Shown here one piece after another: positions 51,681 through 61,608 of a stretch of 64,000 bases of DNA (positions within the stretch are counted from its first letter, which is position 1; each line of letters begins with the position of its first letter). Position numbers and translations under genes: made by a program. The stretch spans positions 8,470 through 72,469 of the forward strand of contig CAXTYC010000028.1 of NCBI GenBank assembly GCA_964248365.1. The letters are read 5' to 3'. The DNA is from an uncultured Chroococcidiopsis sp. (lineage in GTDB: Bacteria > Cyanobacteriota > Cyanobacteriia > Cyanobacteriales > Chroococcidiopsidaceae). The notes under the pieces were generated by a model. That model saw only the letters and a program-made list of their open reading frames with translations. It made no database searches and was not told where the DNA came from.

Positions 51681-52625
51681 TTAAGAATTGCGAATTACGA
51701 TTTTGCCTACTGCACGTTCGGTTTCACTATAGGTATGAGCGGCTGCTATTTCTGACAAGGGGTAGGTGCGATCGACGATCGCTCGAATCTTCCCTGCTTC
51801 AACTTGCTCTTTCAGGTAAGCCAGATCTGAACCCCTGGATTTTAATAATACTACTTTATATTTTTGACCAGGTGTGAGCCAAGTTAAGAAACTTTTGAGG
51901 TAATTTTCTGGGTAGGGTTGGGTTGTAATGTAAATTGCCTTGGGTTGCAGCACATTTTTGCACTCGGTTAAAGAACTGTTACCAACTACATCAAAGATAA
52001 TGTCATATTTAGCTGTGTCCTTGGTGAAGTCCTGTTGCTTGTAATCAATAACGCGATCAGCACCCAAGCTTTTCACCAGTTCTACATTACTAGTACCACA
52101 AACCGCCGTTACCTCTGCTCCCAGCACCTTGGCAATCTGGACAGCAAAAGTACCTACACCCCCTGAAGCACCATTAATTAGTACCTTTTGCCCAGGCAAG
52201 AGATTCCCCTCATCTCTAAAAGCCTGCAATGCTGTCATAGCTGCTAGAGGCACAGCGGCAGCTTCTTCATAGCTCATAACAGTTGGTTTAGCCGCCGCAA
52301 CCTTTTGTGAAACAGCAGCGTATTGCGCGTAAGCACCACCTGGCAAAGAGTTGAGGTGAGCATAGATTTGATCGCCCTTTTTGAAAGAGTTGACATTCTC
52401 CCCCACTTCTACCACTTCGCCTGAAACATCAAACCCCAATATCATAGGGAATTTGTTGCCCGTCAAAATTTTGAGCATTCCTGATCTTATCTTCCAGTCA
52501 ATCGGGTTAACGCTGGTGGCGTATACTCTAACCAGCATTTGGTCTGGTTGAAAACGCGGTTTTTCGACTTCTGTATATTGGAAGACTTCAGGAGAACCAT
52601 AGCGATCGATAATTGCTGCTTTCAT
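51681..52625 (-). CDS. MDR-superfamily NAD(P)-dependent oxidoreductase (quinone-reductase-like)
   Basis: SVNPIDW, GFDVSG, NGASGGVG, LGADRVIDY. Confidence 0.92.
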   Translation of the reverse strand: MKAAIIDRYGSPEVFQYTEVEKPRFQPDQMLVRVYATSVNPIDWKIRSGMLKILTGNKFPMILGFDVSGEVVEVGENVNSFKKGDQIYAHLNSLPGGAYAQYAAVSQKVAAAKPTVMSYEEAAAVPLAAMTALQAFRDEGNLLPGQKVLINGASGGVGTFAVQIAKVLGAEVTAVCGTSNVELVKSLGADRVIDYKQQDFTKDTAKYDIIFDVVGNSSLTECKNVLQPKAIYITTQPYPENYLKSFLTWLTPGQKYKVVLLKSRGSDLAYLKEQVEAGKIRAIVDRTYPLSEIAAAHTYSETERAVGKIVIRNS

Positions 52626-53400
52626 AAAGTCTCTACAGGATCTAAAAAAGGTGCTAGTGGTAAGTGGGGGAGAGGGGGAGAATTCAAAAATTACGAATTA
52701 CGTTGGGACTCTTTCATGCTGATTTAATCTGCTGCCAGAACAAATCTACCCGCAGGTGGAAGGAGGAAAGGTGTGTTTTGGCAGAGCTAATTGATTTGAT
52801 GGAATAAAGGTGGCGAGCGCGCATTTCCTATTCCTTTGTATTTATTATTACAAACCCATTCAGCATTTCTGTCTTGCGATAGTAAACTGCAATAAAGTAA
52901 TGTATCCTCCGATAGAAGGAGGCGCTAGATATTATTAGCTATCCATAAAGGCATATCCAAAACCGAACCTGCGATCGCTAAGAAACTACACCAAACTGAT
53001 AAAAATAATAATTTCACAGCAGGAAACTTTCTCTAATGACGCGCTCAAAAATTCCTACTCTACTGGGGATGAATAGCTACGCCAACCATTAGATAACGTC
53101 TTTTGTAGTTAATTTAGTAACTCAAGATATTTTTGAAGGCGTTATCTCACTCATCATAGTTATTTTTATAACAAAATGTATCAAAAGATTTATTTTTCAT
53201 AAAAAAATGTTTTATTCGTTACTTTATAATTGCCAAAATTGATCTGACTTTAGACAATACTTTGTACTCAAATATTTTAACTATAGATAGAGTTAGCAAC
53301 AGCTTTTATTTGTAAAAATACAACTATAAATTAGGTACTAGCTAATTTAAATATCTATTTGCATTACTAGCTCACTGATTTTTGTTAGGAGGATTTTGTC

Positions 53401-53637
53401 ATGTCTGATCAAATGTGTTGGCTTTCTATGGGAGCAGACAAAGAAAAAATATTGCATTTACGGAGGGAGCCGAATCAACCTTGGAAGCCCTATACAAGTT
53501 GCCCTGAATATGCTGTACCCGATTATAGAGTACCTGGAGGTTCAAAAGGTTGGGCGACTTATCAAAAACTATTGAAGGCAGGTTGGACGATAGATCCCAC
53601 TGCTCAAGCACAAGAGTCTTTATTAGTAATTTATTAG
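53401..53637 (+). CDS. Small hypothetical protein
   Basis: Strong RBS AGGAGG; 78 aa with PWKPY and GGSKGWATYQKLLKAGW. Confidence 0.75.
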   Translation: MSDQMCWLSMGADKEKILHLRREPNQPWKPYTSCPEYAVPDYRVPGGSKGWATYQKLLKAGWTIDPTAQAQESLLVIY

Positions 53638-53840
53638 TAGATAGGAGTAGAACTTAACAAAAATCAAATATCAAATTATTTTGATTTTTTGTTGTAATTT
53701 TTTGCTGAAAAGTTACATATCTAAATATAGCTGCTTCTAATGATTATTTTAAAATAAGTAAACCTATGCAGCTATTGATTATTCAGTTTCTCATCGAAGA
53801 GTTGTAAAAATAGCCACAGGCTTGGATATTGGAGACAAAT

Positions 53841-54071
53841 ATGAACAGCATTCAATGGGCAGAGCAAGAAAAGACATTACCCAGGTTCAATACAAATCAA
53901 ATTGTTCACTTTGTTGGAGGCATCGGTACAATTAAAAACTTACGTCCTGATTCAGGTACATGGACTTATGCTGTTGAAATGGAAATGGGTCCATTACCAG
54001 ACGTGGGCAGAGTAGGTTTTGAAACAACAATCCTCCTTCAAGAATCAGACATTCAGGGAGTAATAAAGTAA
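53841..54071 (+). CDS. Small hypothetical beta-rich protein
   Basis: GGAG RBS before ATG 53841; FVGGIGTI, WTYAVEMEMG. Confidence 0.7.
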   Translation: MNSIQWAEQEKTLPRFNTNQIVHFVGGIGTIKNLRPDSGTWTYAVEMEMGPLPDVGRVGFETTILLQESDIQGVIK

Positions 54072-54442
54072 ATTCACCAATTCATTAATTCGCAGCGCTT
54101 AATTAACTAGCTAAAGTGCGATTGTGTTAAGTGATAACAGGAATACTCGTATTAATTTATACAAAAATACCTGATCCATTGGATTATATAGCAAGACGCA
54201 TTAAGATTAGGATAAGTTTACCTGGCATTCGTTGTTGAGCTAAAAAAACCTTGAAAAAAGCTAATAGCTAATAGCTAGTAGCTAATTGCTATAGCAGTTA
54301 TTGAAACGCGCGACCTTAGTTAGAGGAAATTGATGCAGGACTAATGTAAAACATGAGAAAGGGAGCGTGATTGAGTAGAGGCAAGCTATATCTTGCCCTT
54401 GGGCGTGGCTAAAAATAATCCGCATTCCTTGGAGGATAGATT

Positions 54443-54793
54443 GTGAAAGTTCCACCAGAGATTACTTATAGGGGTGTCGAGAAAACTGATGCGATCGCCA
54501 CATTAGTTGATGACAAGATAGCCAAGCTTGAAAAAATTTGCAATTACATTAATAGCTGCCATATTGCAATTGAAAAGATTCACGATCGCCCGCGTCATGG
54601 TTCCCCGTATCGGGTGCGGCTCGATATTACTGTACCCCCAAATCATGAAATTGTGGGTGAAAATCATCACGCAGAAAGCAACCAGTACCAGCCAATTGAT
54701 GCAGCCATTCGGGAAGCGTTCGATGCTGCTCGTCATCAGCTGACTAAACTTACCAAGCGACAGCACGAAAGCGATCAAGCCAAAACTCACTAA
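54443..54793 (+). CDS. HPF/RaiA-family ribosome-associated protein
   Basis: GGAGG RBS; EITYRGVEKTDAI, KIAKLE, YRVRLDITVP, AIREAFDAARHQL. Confidence 0.85.
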   Translation: MKVPPEITYRGVEKTDAIATLVDDKIAKLEKICNYINSCHIAIEKIHDRPRHGSPYRVRLDITVPPNHEIVGENHHAESNQYQPIDAAIREAFDAARHQLTKLTKRQHESDQAKTH

Positions 54794-54811
54794 ACGCAGG
54801 AGATAAAAGCT

Positions 54812-55050
54812 ATGCACCTTCACACTCCAGCTTTTTTCATTGGTGGCGCTATCCCCTTTAAATACACCTGCGACGGGGAAAATCTCTCTCCTCCCCTGCA
54901 TTGGAATCAAGCACCAGATGGGACAAATAGCTTTGCCTAATTGTAGAAGATCCTGACGCACCCACCATAACTTTTACCCATTGGGTTCTTTACAATTTAT
55001 CTGGCGATCGCCACGAACTACCACAAGCAGCTGCAAATCAAGCCACACTG
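54812..55050 (+). pseudogene. YbhB/YbcL (PEBP) family remnant
   Basis: MHLHTPAF...IPFKYTCDGENLSPPLHW...SFA, a frameshift at about 54937, then LIVEDPDAP...FTHWVLYNL; the C-terminal half is missing. Confidence 0.85.
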
Positions 55051-55367
55051 CACTTGACTTTGTTCAACGGAGGAAACGAGGCACACAAGTGTCCTCGCCT
55101 ACCTATAACTGATCGCAGTTCGCCTTAAAGCCGTCCTTTATTCATAAAAAACTGTTAACTTGCCTGATTAGACCGCAGGGGGGCTTGAGGTGCTTTATGA
55201 GAGGAATTTACCGCTTTTTCCCTATTTTCAGAATATGTACGTTAAGTGTGCGACAGCTTATTAAAAAACAGTTGGAGCAAATAATTTTTTAGTTTTTAAT
55301 ACTTATATAATTATACAATAAGCATAATTTAGTTTAGCTTACAAAGCTCAAATTGGAGAATAAAAAC

Positions 55368-55700
55368 ATGGTAATCGAACAAGAGTCTAATAACTTTGAA
55401 GAGCTTATTTCTAGCTCAGATTTACCAGTTTTAGGTTTTTTTTACGCCCCTACCAGTGGACCTGATCACCTGATGCTCTCAGTTATAGAGCAAGTAGATA
55501 ACCAGATAAAAGAACAGCTACGGATTGTAAAAATTGATAGCGAAAAATATCCTCATTTGGCTTCTGAGTATCAGGTTCATGCCCTACCAACGTTGCTGCT
55601 TTTTAAGAATGGACAGATTGTAGAGCGGATTGAAGAGGAACACAGTGAGGTTTTAATGTCTCCCGAACGGCTGATTCAACGTCTACAACCCGTGCTTTAA
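55368..55700 (+). CDS. Thioredoxin-fold protein without cysteines
   Basis: FEELISSSDLPVL, IVKIDSEKYP, ALPTLLLFKNG; the active-site position reads TSGPD instead of WCGPC. Confidence 0.8.
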   Translation: MVIEQESNNFEELISSSDLPVLGFFYAPTSGPDHLMLSVIEQVDNQIKEQLRIVKIDSEKYPHLASEYQVHALPTLLLFKNGQIVERIEEEHSEVLMSPERLIQRLQPVL

Positions 55701-55811
55701 AAACCCTAAGCTAGAAAAACTTGCCTTGCCTTGCACCCTTCAATAGATATATTTATTGTTAAGTGGGCATCTTGGGTGGGCAAGATGCAATATAAATGCA
55801 CATTAGATTAT

Positions 55812-56561
55812 CTATTCAATTGTCCAATTTGCTGGTGGTAGCGGCATCTGTTCTTCGAGTTGAGAAGATTGGGAAACTTGTTGCATACTAGCTGAAAGCC
55901 AGATAAACAACTCCTTAAAATTCAGCCCTCCCAGTTTTAGCGGCTGACGTACAACTATTTGACTTAGGCGAGTCATGTTTGCTTCTTCCACCCCTATAGC
56001 AAAGAAGGCAACACGCTTATTAGCTTCGTCGTCTTTAATACGTTTTGTTGCCTGCTCTACCACACTATCTGCTTCTCCTTGTGGTTCGCCATCGGTAATC
56101 AAAAATACCCAAGGGCGATAGTAGGCAACTCCATTAGCACGATACATGGCTTTGCGGACTTCGAGCAGATCAAGCCCTTGGAGAATTGCTCCCCCCATTT
56201 GAGTCAAACCCTCAGCCGAAAGAGTTGGCGGCTCAAACTCATCGGCTGTTGTAAAGCCCTGAACTACCTCTACTTCAGTGTTAAAAGTTACAATTGCTAC
56301 CTCGACTCGCTTTTTTGCCAGATTGTCATGATTTAGTTCCTCCTTAAAGGTACGTAAACCATCATTTAAGGCGTTAATTGCTTCACCTTGCATCGAGCCA
56401 GAAGTGTCTAGTAGCAAAACACATGGGCAACGCGGCTCTGGGTTTTCGGCAAATTCAACCGCCTCTTCCCAGCTCAATGGTTCAGGTTCTGCTGTGTCAT
56501 TGTCAATACCACTATCAGTAGATTTTGATTGCAGCGATCGCGGATTCCAAAACTTCATCAA
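55812..56561 (-). CDS. TerY/YegL-like vWA protein
   Basis: ENPEPRCPCVLLLDTSGSM, YYRPWVFLITDGEP, FIWLSASM. Confidence 0.9.
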   Translation of the reverse strand: MMKFWNPRSLQSKSTDSGIDNDTAEPEPLSWEEAVEFAENPEPRCPCVLLLDTSGSMQGEAINALNDGLRTFKEELNHDNLAKKRVEVAIVTFNTEVEVVQGFTTADEFEPPTLSAEGLTQMGGAILQGLDLLEVRKAMYRANGVAYYRPWVFLITDGEPQGEADSVVEQATKRIKDDEANKRVAFFAIGVEEANMTRLSQIVVRQPLKLGGLNFKELFIWLSASMQQVSQSSQLEEQMPLPPANWTIE

Positions 56562-56639
56562 GCACCCCTGTCAACACAATAACTAATAAGTGATAAATGG
56601 TTAGCGTTAAGTTTTCTTCACTATTTTCTCCTTTTCTAC

Positions 56640-57035
56640 TCAAATATGCTTACCTAGAAAGTTTTGCAGGTTGTGGAAAAACTCCTGTCGGGTTTGTGTC
56701 TTGAGCAAATAGCGGTAAGTAAACCAAATTGAGTAGCCAATACCTATTAACTTAAACGTTGATTCCAACAAAGGGATATCATTGAGGGCATCTATCACTG
56801 CCAAGACCACCCGCAGTGTAACGAATGCCGCCCCAATCAGAACTAGACTAATAATTGACTGCTTGTATGTGTTAAAAAAGCTACCTATGTAGTCAAAAAT
56901 ATGTGCTAAAAAGTTAAAAGTTAGTGTAAATATCCACTGTGCTTTTTGAATAGACTGACTAGTTGGAGAGAAGCTTGATTGGTTCACGGTTTCTAAGGTG
57001 TTGCTCTTATCTTCTGATTGTTGCATTTGAGCCAT
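56640..57035 (-). CDS. CAAD/CURT1-domain membrane protein
   Basis: VLAVIDALNDIPLL...LIGIGYSIWFTYRYLL...RQE. Confidence 0.88.
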   Translation of the reverse strand: MAQMQQSEDKSNTLETVNQSSFSPTSQSIQKAQWIFTLTFNFLAHIFDYIGSFFNTYKQSIISLVLIGAAFVTLRVVLAVIDALNDIPLLESTFKLIGIGYSIWFTYRYLLKTQTRQEFFHNLQNFLGKHI

Positions 57036-57580
57036 AGTTTAGATATTGCTAATAGGGAAAGGGGTATTTGCTGCTGTTAATTGAGTAATACCTTAAATTT
57101 TAGATTATTTAGCTTACCAGTTGCTTTGGTATGATTTCAAGCATACATAAATTCTAAAACCATACTGTATCAATTACCAAATCAAAAATAATTTGCTAGT
57201 TAAAAATAAGCAAAATTTAAGATTCTTATACACATTCAACAATGTACGAGTACTGATCTATACCGTTGGATTTTATTGGTGCAACATTTAAATTAGAGCA
57301 AACGAATTGCACACTAAGGGTTCTATAATCTTTAAATATATGGTTTCCACGCATCCAAAATTGTATAGGTTTCGTCTTTTTGTGCTTTGTTACCTCAATC
57401 CGCTCAAGCAGATAGTAGATCAAGAGACAAAAATATTTTTAGATGGCATAGAGCATAAAATCTAGCTAAGGTTAAACAAATATGCTAGCGGCAAAGTAAG
57501 CCCTACCTGAAACCTGTTTAAAAAGAGTCAATCTAGACGCTACGCTACACTACCCCTTCGGGATCGCTGTGCTACGTGAA

Positions 57581-57660
57581 GGCAAAAAAGGCGGTATTCC
57601 TTGTCAACAACCAGAGTTTTTGTCAATAGTGCCGCCTTTTTTGCCCACAACCAGAGTTTT
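57581..57660 (+). repeat. 14-bp inverted repeat interleaved with a 14-bp direct repeat
   Basis: GGCAAAAAAGGCGG (57581-57594) pairs with CCGCCTTTTTTGCC (57632-57645); ACAACCAGAGTTTT occurs at 57607 and 57647. Confidence 0.85.
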
Positions 57661-57736
57661 CTGTGTAGCCAAAACTAGTAACTAGTAAAGATTGACTCTT
57701 TTTAGATAACTTTTTCGTAACCCCACGTTCTTCCCG

Positions 57737-58849
57737 ATGTCACTTTCCCAACCGTCACAGCAGTTGATAGAAAATCTGATGGCTTTATTAGATCACTACC
57801 AAGCCCAGCTTATAGAGGCTGAATACAAGGCTAATTTAGCACTTGAGCAACTTTCACACGTAAATGCGTTGTTAGTAGATCAGGTGGGAGATCAGCAGTT
57901 TGCCCAAAGTTTAATCGATTTGCGATCGCACTATCAATCACTAGCGGCACAGCATCAACAAACAGCTACTCATGCCAAAGCACAACTGGCACACATTAAC
58001 GCTCTACTGGCAGATCAATTAGCCTGGAGTTTAAACCCCAAGCAGCAACAACAGTTAGAAGCTATCCCAGCACCTAATACAGTCGAGCCTCAAACTGAAC
58101 CGAGGCAACTGCCAACCCCAGAGCCAGCCCCCCAAGCAGATTTAACAGAAGAAGCACCTCTAGGTACATTTGAGCATCCTAATACTAGCCCAGTTGAAGC
58201 ATCACAACCATCCCAGCCCCCATTTCAAGACTCGGATGATCCGACGGTGGTTTCTTCCACTAAGACACGAATGCTACCTCAATATCAACATCTGAGCAAA
58301 ATTCAAGCAGTTGAAAAGCTCCTGCGGGAAAATCAGGGCAGCATTCTACACGTAGACTATATCATTCGCGCTTTGTACGGGGAGATGGATGCAGTTGCGA
58401 TCAAAGACGAAAAGCCTCGGATGTATGACACCCTCACCCAAGGCACAAAAAAAGGACTGTGGGTGAAAGTGCCAGACTCTCCCAGTTGCTATACTTTTGA
58501 TCTGAAGCTAGTACAGCCTGATTCGACAGCTAAACAGAAATTACCTCCCCCTCGTTCCCGTCGTCGCACAACGCCAGCTAGAGGCAAGGCACACGAAGAA
58601 TTACTTCCCCCTTATCAACACCTCAATCTCACGGCAGCGGTTGAGAGTGTAGTGCATGAGTATGCAGGTGAGATCTTGACTACAGAGAAAATTGCCCAGG
58701 AATTGTATGGCAATCTCTCAGGATCGGCTCTCACCCAAGCCAAGGATAAAATTGGTAAAACTCTATGGAGTGGTACTAGACAAGGACGGTGGCAACACGT
58801 ACCAGGGAAAATCGGATGCTATACGCTCGATCTCAATCAGTTGAAGTAG
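57737..58849 (+). CDS. Hypothetical protein: two coiled-coil repeats, a Pro-rich linker and two putative winged-helix repeats
   Basis: Two HY...L.H.NALL.DQ units; two LP.YQHL...LYG...W..VP....YT.DL units. Confidence 0.8.
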   Translation: MSLSQPSQQLIENLMALLDHYQAQLIEAEYKANLALEQLSHVNALLVDQVGDQQFAQSLIDLRSHYQSLAAQHQQTATHAKAQLAHINALLADQLAWSLNPKQQQQLEAIPAPNTVEPQTEPRQLPTPEPAPQADLTEEAPLGTFEHPNTSPVEASQPSQPPFQDSDDPTVVSSTKTRMLPQYQHLSKIQAVEKLLRENQGSILHVDYIIRALYGEMDAVAIKDEKPRMYDTLTQGTKKGLWVKVPDSPSCYTFDLKLVQPDSTAKQKLPPPRSRRRTTPARGKAHEELLPPYQHLNLTAAVESVVHEYAGEILTTEKIAQELYGNLSGSALTQAKDKIGKTLWSGTRQGRWQHVPGKIGCYTLDLNQLK

Positions 58850-59051
58850 TTAGGAGGCAGAAGGCAGGAGTTGTGAAGGCAGAAGTCAGAAGTCAAAAGA
58901 CCCACGACAGGAGTCAGGAGACAGAATTCGGAATTCGGAATTAATGATTCTCCCCCAGCTCCCCTTTGCTCCCTCAGATCTCCTCTAGCCACTCAATAAA
59001 AGTCGGTTAAGATGTATTGTGCGATCGCATCTACTGCCTACCTGTTGATAT

Positions 59052-59819
59052 ATGAAAGCTACGCTCATCACTAGTGCTGTATTACTAACCACGCTCTGCC
59101 TAGTACCTCCGGCAAAAGCAGAAAACTCTGAACATATTAGACAACTACTGGCAACCAAGCAATGTGAAAGTTGCGATCTAGGTGGTGCAGGTTTAGTGAT
59201 GGCTAATTTGTCTGGGGCAAATTTGCGTGGAGCAAATCTGAGTGGTAGTAATCTCAGTCGTGCTAACTTGAGTGGAGCAGATCTGAGCTACGCTAACCTC
59301 AGCGGTGCTTCTCTATACGGTGCAAATCTGAGCGGCGCTAAATTGAATGGAGCAGATCTGACAGGAACCGATCTGAGAGATTCTTACTTAGCTAATATAG
59401 ATTTGGGTAGTAGTAACCTAAACAGCACTAATTTGCAGGGGGCGATCGCTATACCTAACTCCTCTGGCAAACCTGAAGACTTCTACCGCTTGGGGATGGC
59501 TCAAGGTCAAAAAGGCGACCCCAAGGGAGCGATCGAATATTTCAACCAAGCATTAAGTATTAATTCTAAATATGCCCCCGCTTATCTGGCGCGTGGCGTT
59601 GCTCGTTACCAACTATTAGATCGAGCAGGCGCAATGCGGGATGCGGGGCAAGCTAAAGCACTATTCTTATTTCAAGGAAATCAGGATGGTTATCAAACAG
59701 CCCAAGCATTTGTCAAAGAGCTACAAACGCCGGAAACTACATCTGTAAGTAAAGGCAAGCCCAATTTCTTCAACTTCTTAGGTGGGGTTAGTTCGCTTTT
59801 GTTACAGTTTTTACTGTAA
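59052..59819 (+). CDS. Exported pentapeptide-repeat plus TPR protein
   Basis: Signal peptide, QLLATKQCESCDL, ANLSG repeats, TPR (AIEYFNQAL). Confidence 0.92.
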   Translation: MKATLITSAVLLTTLCLVPPAKAENSEHIRQLLATKQCESCDLGGAGLVMANLSGANLRGANLSGSNLSRANLSGADLSYANLSGASLYGANLSGAKLNGADLTGTDLRDSYLANIDLGSSNLNSTNLQGAIAIPNSSGKPEDFYRLGMAQGQKGDPKGAIEYFNQALSINSKYAPAYLARGVARYQLLDRAGAMRDAGQAKALFLFQGNQDGYQTAQAFVKELQTPETTSVSKGKPNFFNFLGGVSSLLLQFLL

Positions 59820-59920
59820 TTAGGAGCGCTTAAGAGGGCTTGGGGGGGTTTGGGGGGCGAGAGGCGAGATAGAACCAACTACCAACTACCAATTACCAAC
59901 TACCAATTACCCTACTTGCA

Positions 59921-60595
59921 ATGAATATATCAAATGAATTATGGCAAGCTAATCAAGATCTAGTTTTAGCTTGCTTAAAGCATCCATTTGTTCAAGGCAT
60001 TGGTGATGGCACACTTGAACGCAAAAAATTTGCTTACTATGTAGGGCAAGATGCTTTTTTTCTCGAAGCCTTTGCCCGTGCATATAGCATAGTAGCTGCT
60101 AAAAGTCAAGATTGGGAAGGATTCTGTGTTTTTCACAATTTAGCAGGTGGTGTCTTGGCAGAACTGAGACTGCATGAAAGCTATGCCGCAGTGTGGGAAG
60201 TTGACTTAGGTTCTGTTCAACCGTCAGCAGCAACACGTCGATATACAGATTTTTTGCTGGCGCTGGCTTGGGGTGGTGATGTGGGTTTAACAACCGCCGC
60301 TATGTCACCTTGTATGAGTCTATATGTCTTTCTGGGACAACAGTTAGCTGAAAATGGCATTCCAGAACACCAGTATGCAGACTGGATTCGCACTTATAGC
60401 AGCCCAGAGTTTGAGCAGCTGGCTCAACAACTGGCAAGTTTAGGCGATCGCACGACTATTATCACACCGCAAGTACATCAAACTTACCGTTATGCCATGT
60501 TGTGTGAACGAGATTTTTTTCAAGCAGCATGGGAAAGCAGTTTGGTGCGTTACGGCACAAACCTAACACACCAGAACCATTTGCAAAGGGAATGA
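59921..60595 (+). CDS. tenA: TenA-family protein (thiamine salvage)
   Basis: HPFVQGI, YVGQDAFFL, YTDFL, PCMSLY, YADWIRTYS, ERDFF. Confidence 0.88.
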   Translation: MNISNELWQANQDLVLACLKHPFVQGIGDGTLERKKFAYYVGQDAFFLEAFARAYSIVAAKSQDWEGFCVFHNLAGGVLAELRLHESYAAVWEVDLGSVQPSAATRRYTDFLLALAWGGDVGLTTAAMSPCMSLYVFLGQQLAENGIPEHQYADWIRTYSSPEFEQLAQQLASLGDRTTIITPQVHQTYRYAMLCERDFFQAAWESSLVRYGTNLTHQNHLQRE

Positions 60596-60603
60596 CGATT
60601 AGC

Positions 60604-61608
60604 TTACTCACTTACTTCAATTGAAGGATTTGCGCCGACCTTAGATTCTGGCATAGCATTTTCTGGTAACTGGTAACTGGTAACTGGTAACTTTTTGCGC
60701 TTTGGCTTTTGAGGCTCTACTTTCGTGCCTTGGCAAGTGGGGCAAAAATAAATAATTCTGGTTTTATCTTCCTCGTCGTCACTTCTAGTTACTTGACGCA
60801 GCTGACGAATTGTGGTATTGCATCTCAAGCAGGGTAAGTTAGTGCGGCGAAAGACATAGTGACGAGTACCAAACTCGCTTCCTAGTCGATAGACTAGTGA
60901 ACTGTCGCTAGCCAGACGCATTCTATCTTCTGGGGACACTGTAAAGCCACCAGTCGAGTATGCCCGTTGCGCCATCAATACTATTGAATTACCCAGCCGT
61001 TCTAAGTCATCTGGTGTCAGATCAGCAATTCTTCGCCAGGGATCGAGTTGACAATCGAATAAAATTTCTGCTCTGAGATAATTACCAATTCCTGCCACTA
61101 TTTGTTGATCTAGTAGAGTAGCACCAATCGCGCGATCGCTATTTTCAGGTTTGAGTAGTCGTGTTTTGAAAGTGAGTCGATCAAATGGCGCTTGCGAGGG
61201 GTACGGTAAAATATCAGCCCCTAAACTTTTGAGTGTTTCAACTGATTCAAATGGATCGCCTATACCTAGTTCAAAAATGGGTGCTGAGTATAGAATAGCA
61301 GTTGCATCTGGTACGACAATTCGCGCCCGTTCCCGACGATCTATTTCCATCGGTTCCTGTTCAACCGTTAGCCATCGCCCCCACATCATTAGATGGGAGT
61401 AGAAATAATAACCGCCTTCAATCCAGCCGATCAAGTACTTGCCACGCGATCGCACGATTTCAATTCGTCTTCCAGTTAAAATACCAGAATGTTCACTTAG
61501 CCAAGCTTTTGCCCTACGTGTCCGTGCTGTCAGCGAAACAATGGGCTTACCTTCAAGTGCAGTATTCACCCTTTGTGCAAACCGCCTCACTTCTGGTCCT
61601 TCCGGCAT
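60604..61608 (-). CDS. Fpg/Nei-family DNA glycosylase (endonuclease VIII-like)
   Basis: MPEGPE start, RGKYL, HLMMWG, H2TH (LLDQQIVAGIGNYLRAE), zinc finger CLRC...FCPTCQ. Confidence 0.92.
   Translation of the reverse strand: MPEGPEVRRFAQRVNTALEGKPIVSLTARTRRAKAWLSEHSGILTGRRIEIVRSRGKYLIGWIEGGYYFYSHLMMWGRWLTVEQEPMEIDRRERARIVVPDATAILYSAPIFELGIGDPFESVETLKSLGADILPYPSQAPFDRLTFKTRLLKPENSDRAIGATLLDQQIVAGIGNYLRAEILFDCQLDPWRRIADLTPDDLERLGNSIVLMAQRAYSTGGFTVSPEDRMRLASDSSLVYRLGSEFGTRHYVFRRTNLPCLRCNTTIRQLRQVTRSDDEEDKTRIIYFCPTCQGTKVEPQKPKRKKLPVTSYQLPENAMPESKVGANPSIEVSE

Noticed and set aside
53100..53400. NtcA site upstream of the small ORFs
   Set aside because: Only partial matches such as GTATCAAAAGATTT; I found no complete GTA-N8-TAC.
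57226..57423. 65-aa ORF
   Set aside because: TTG start, no RBS or recognisable motif, in an AT-rich intergenic region.
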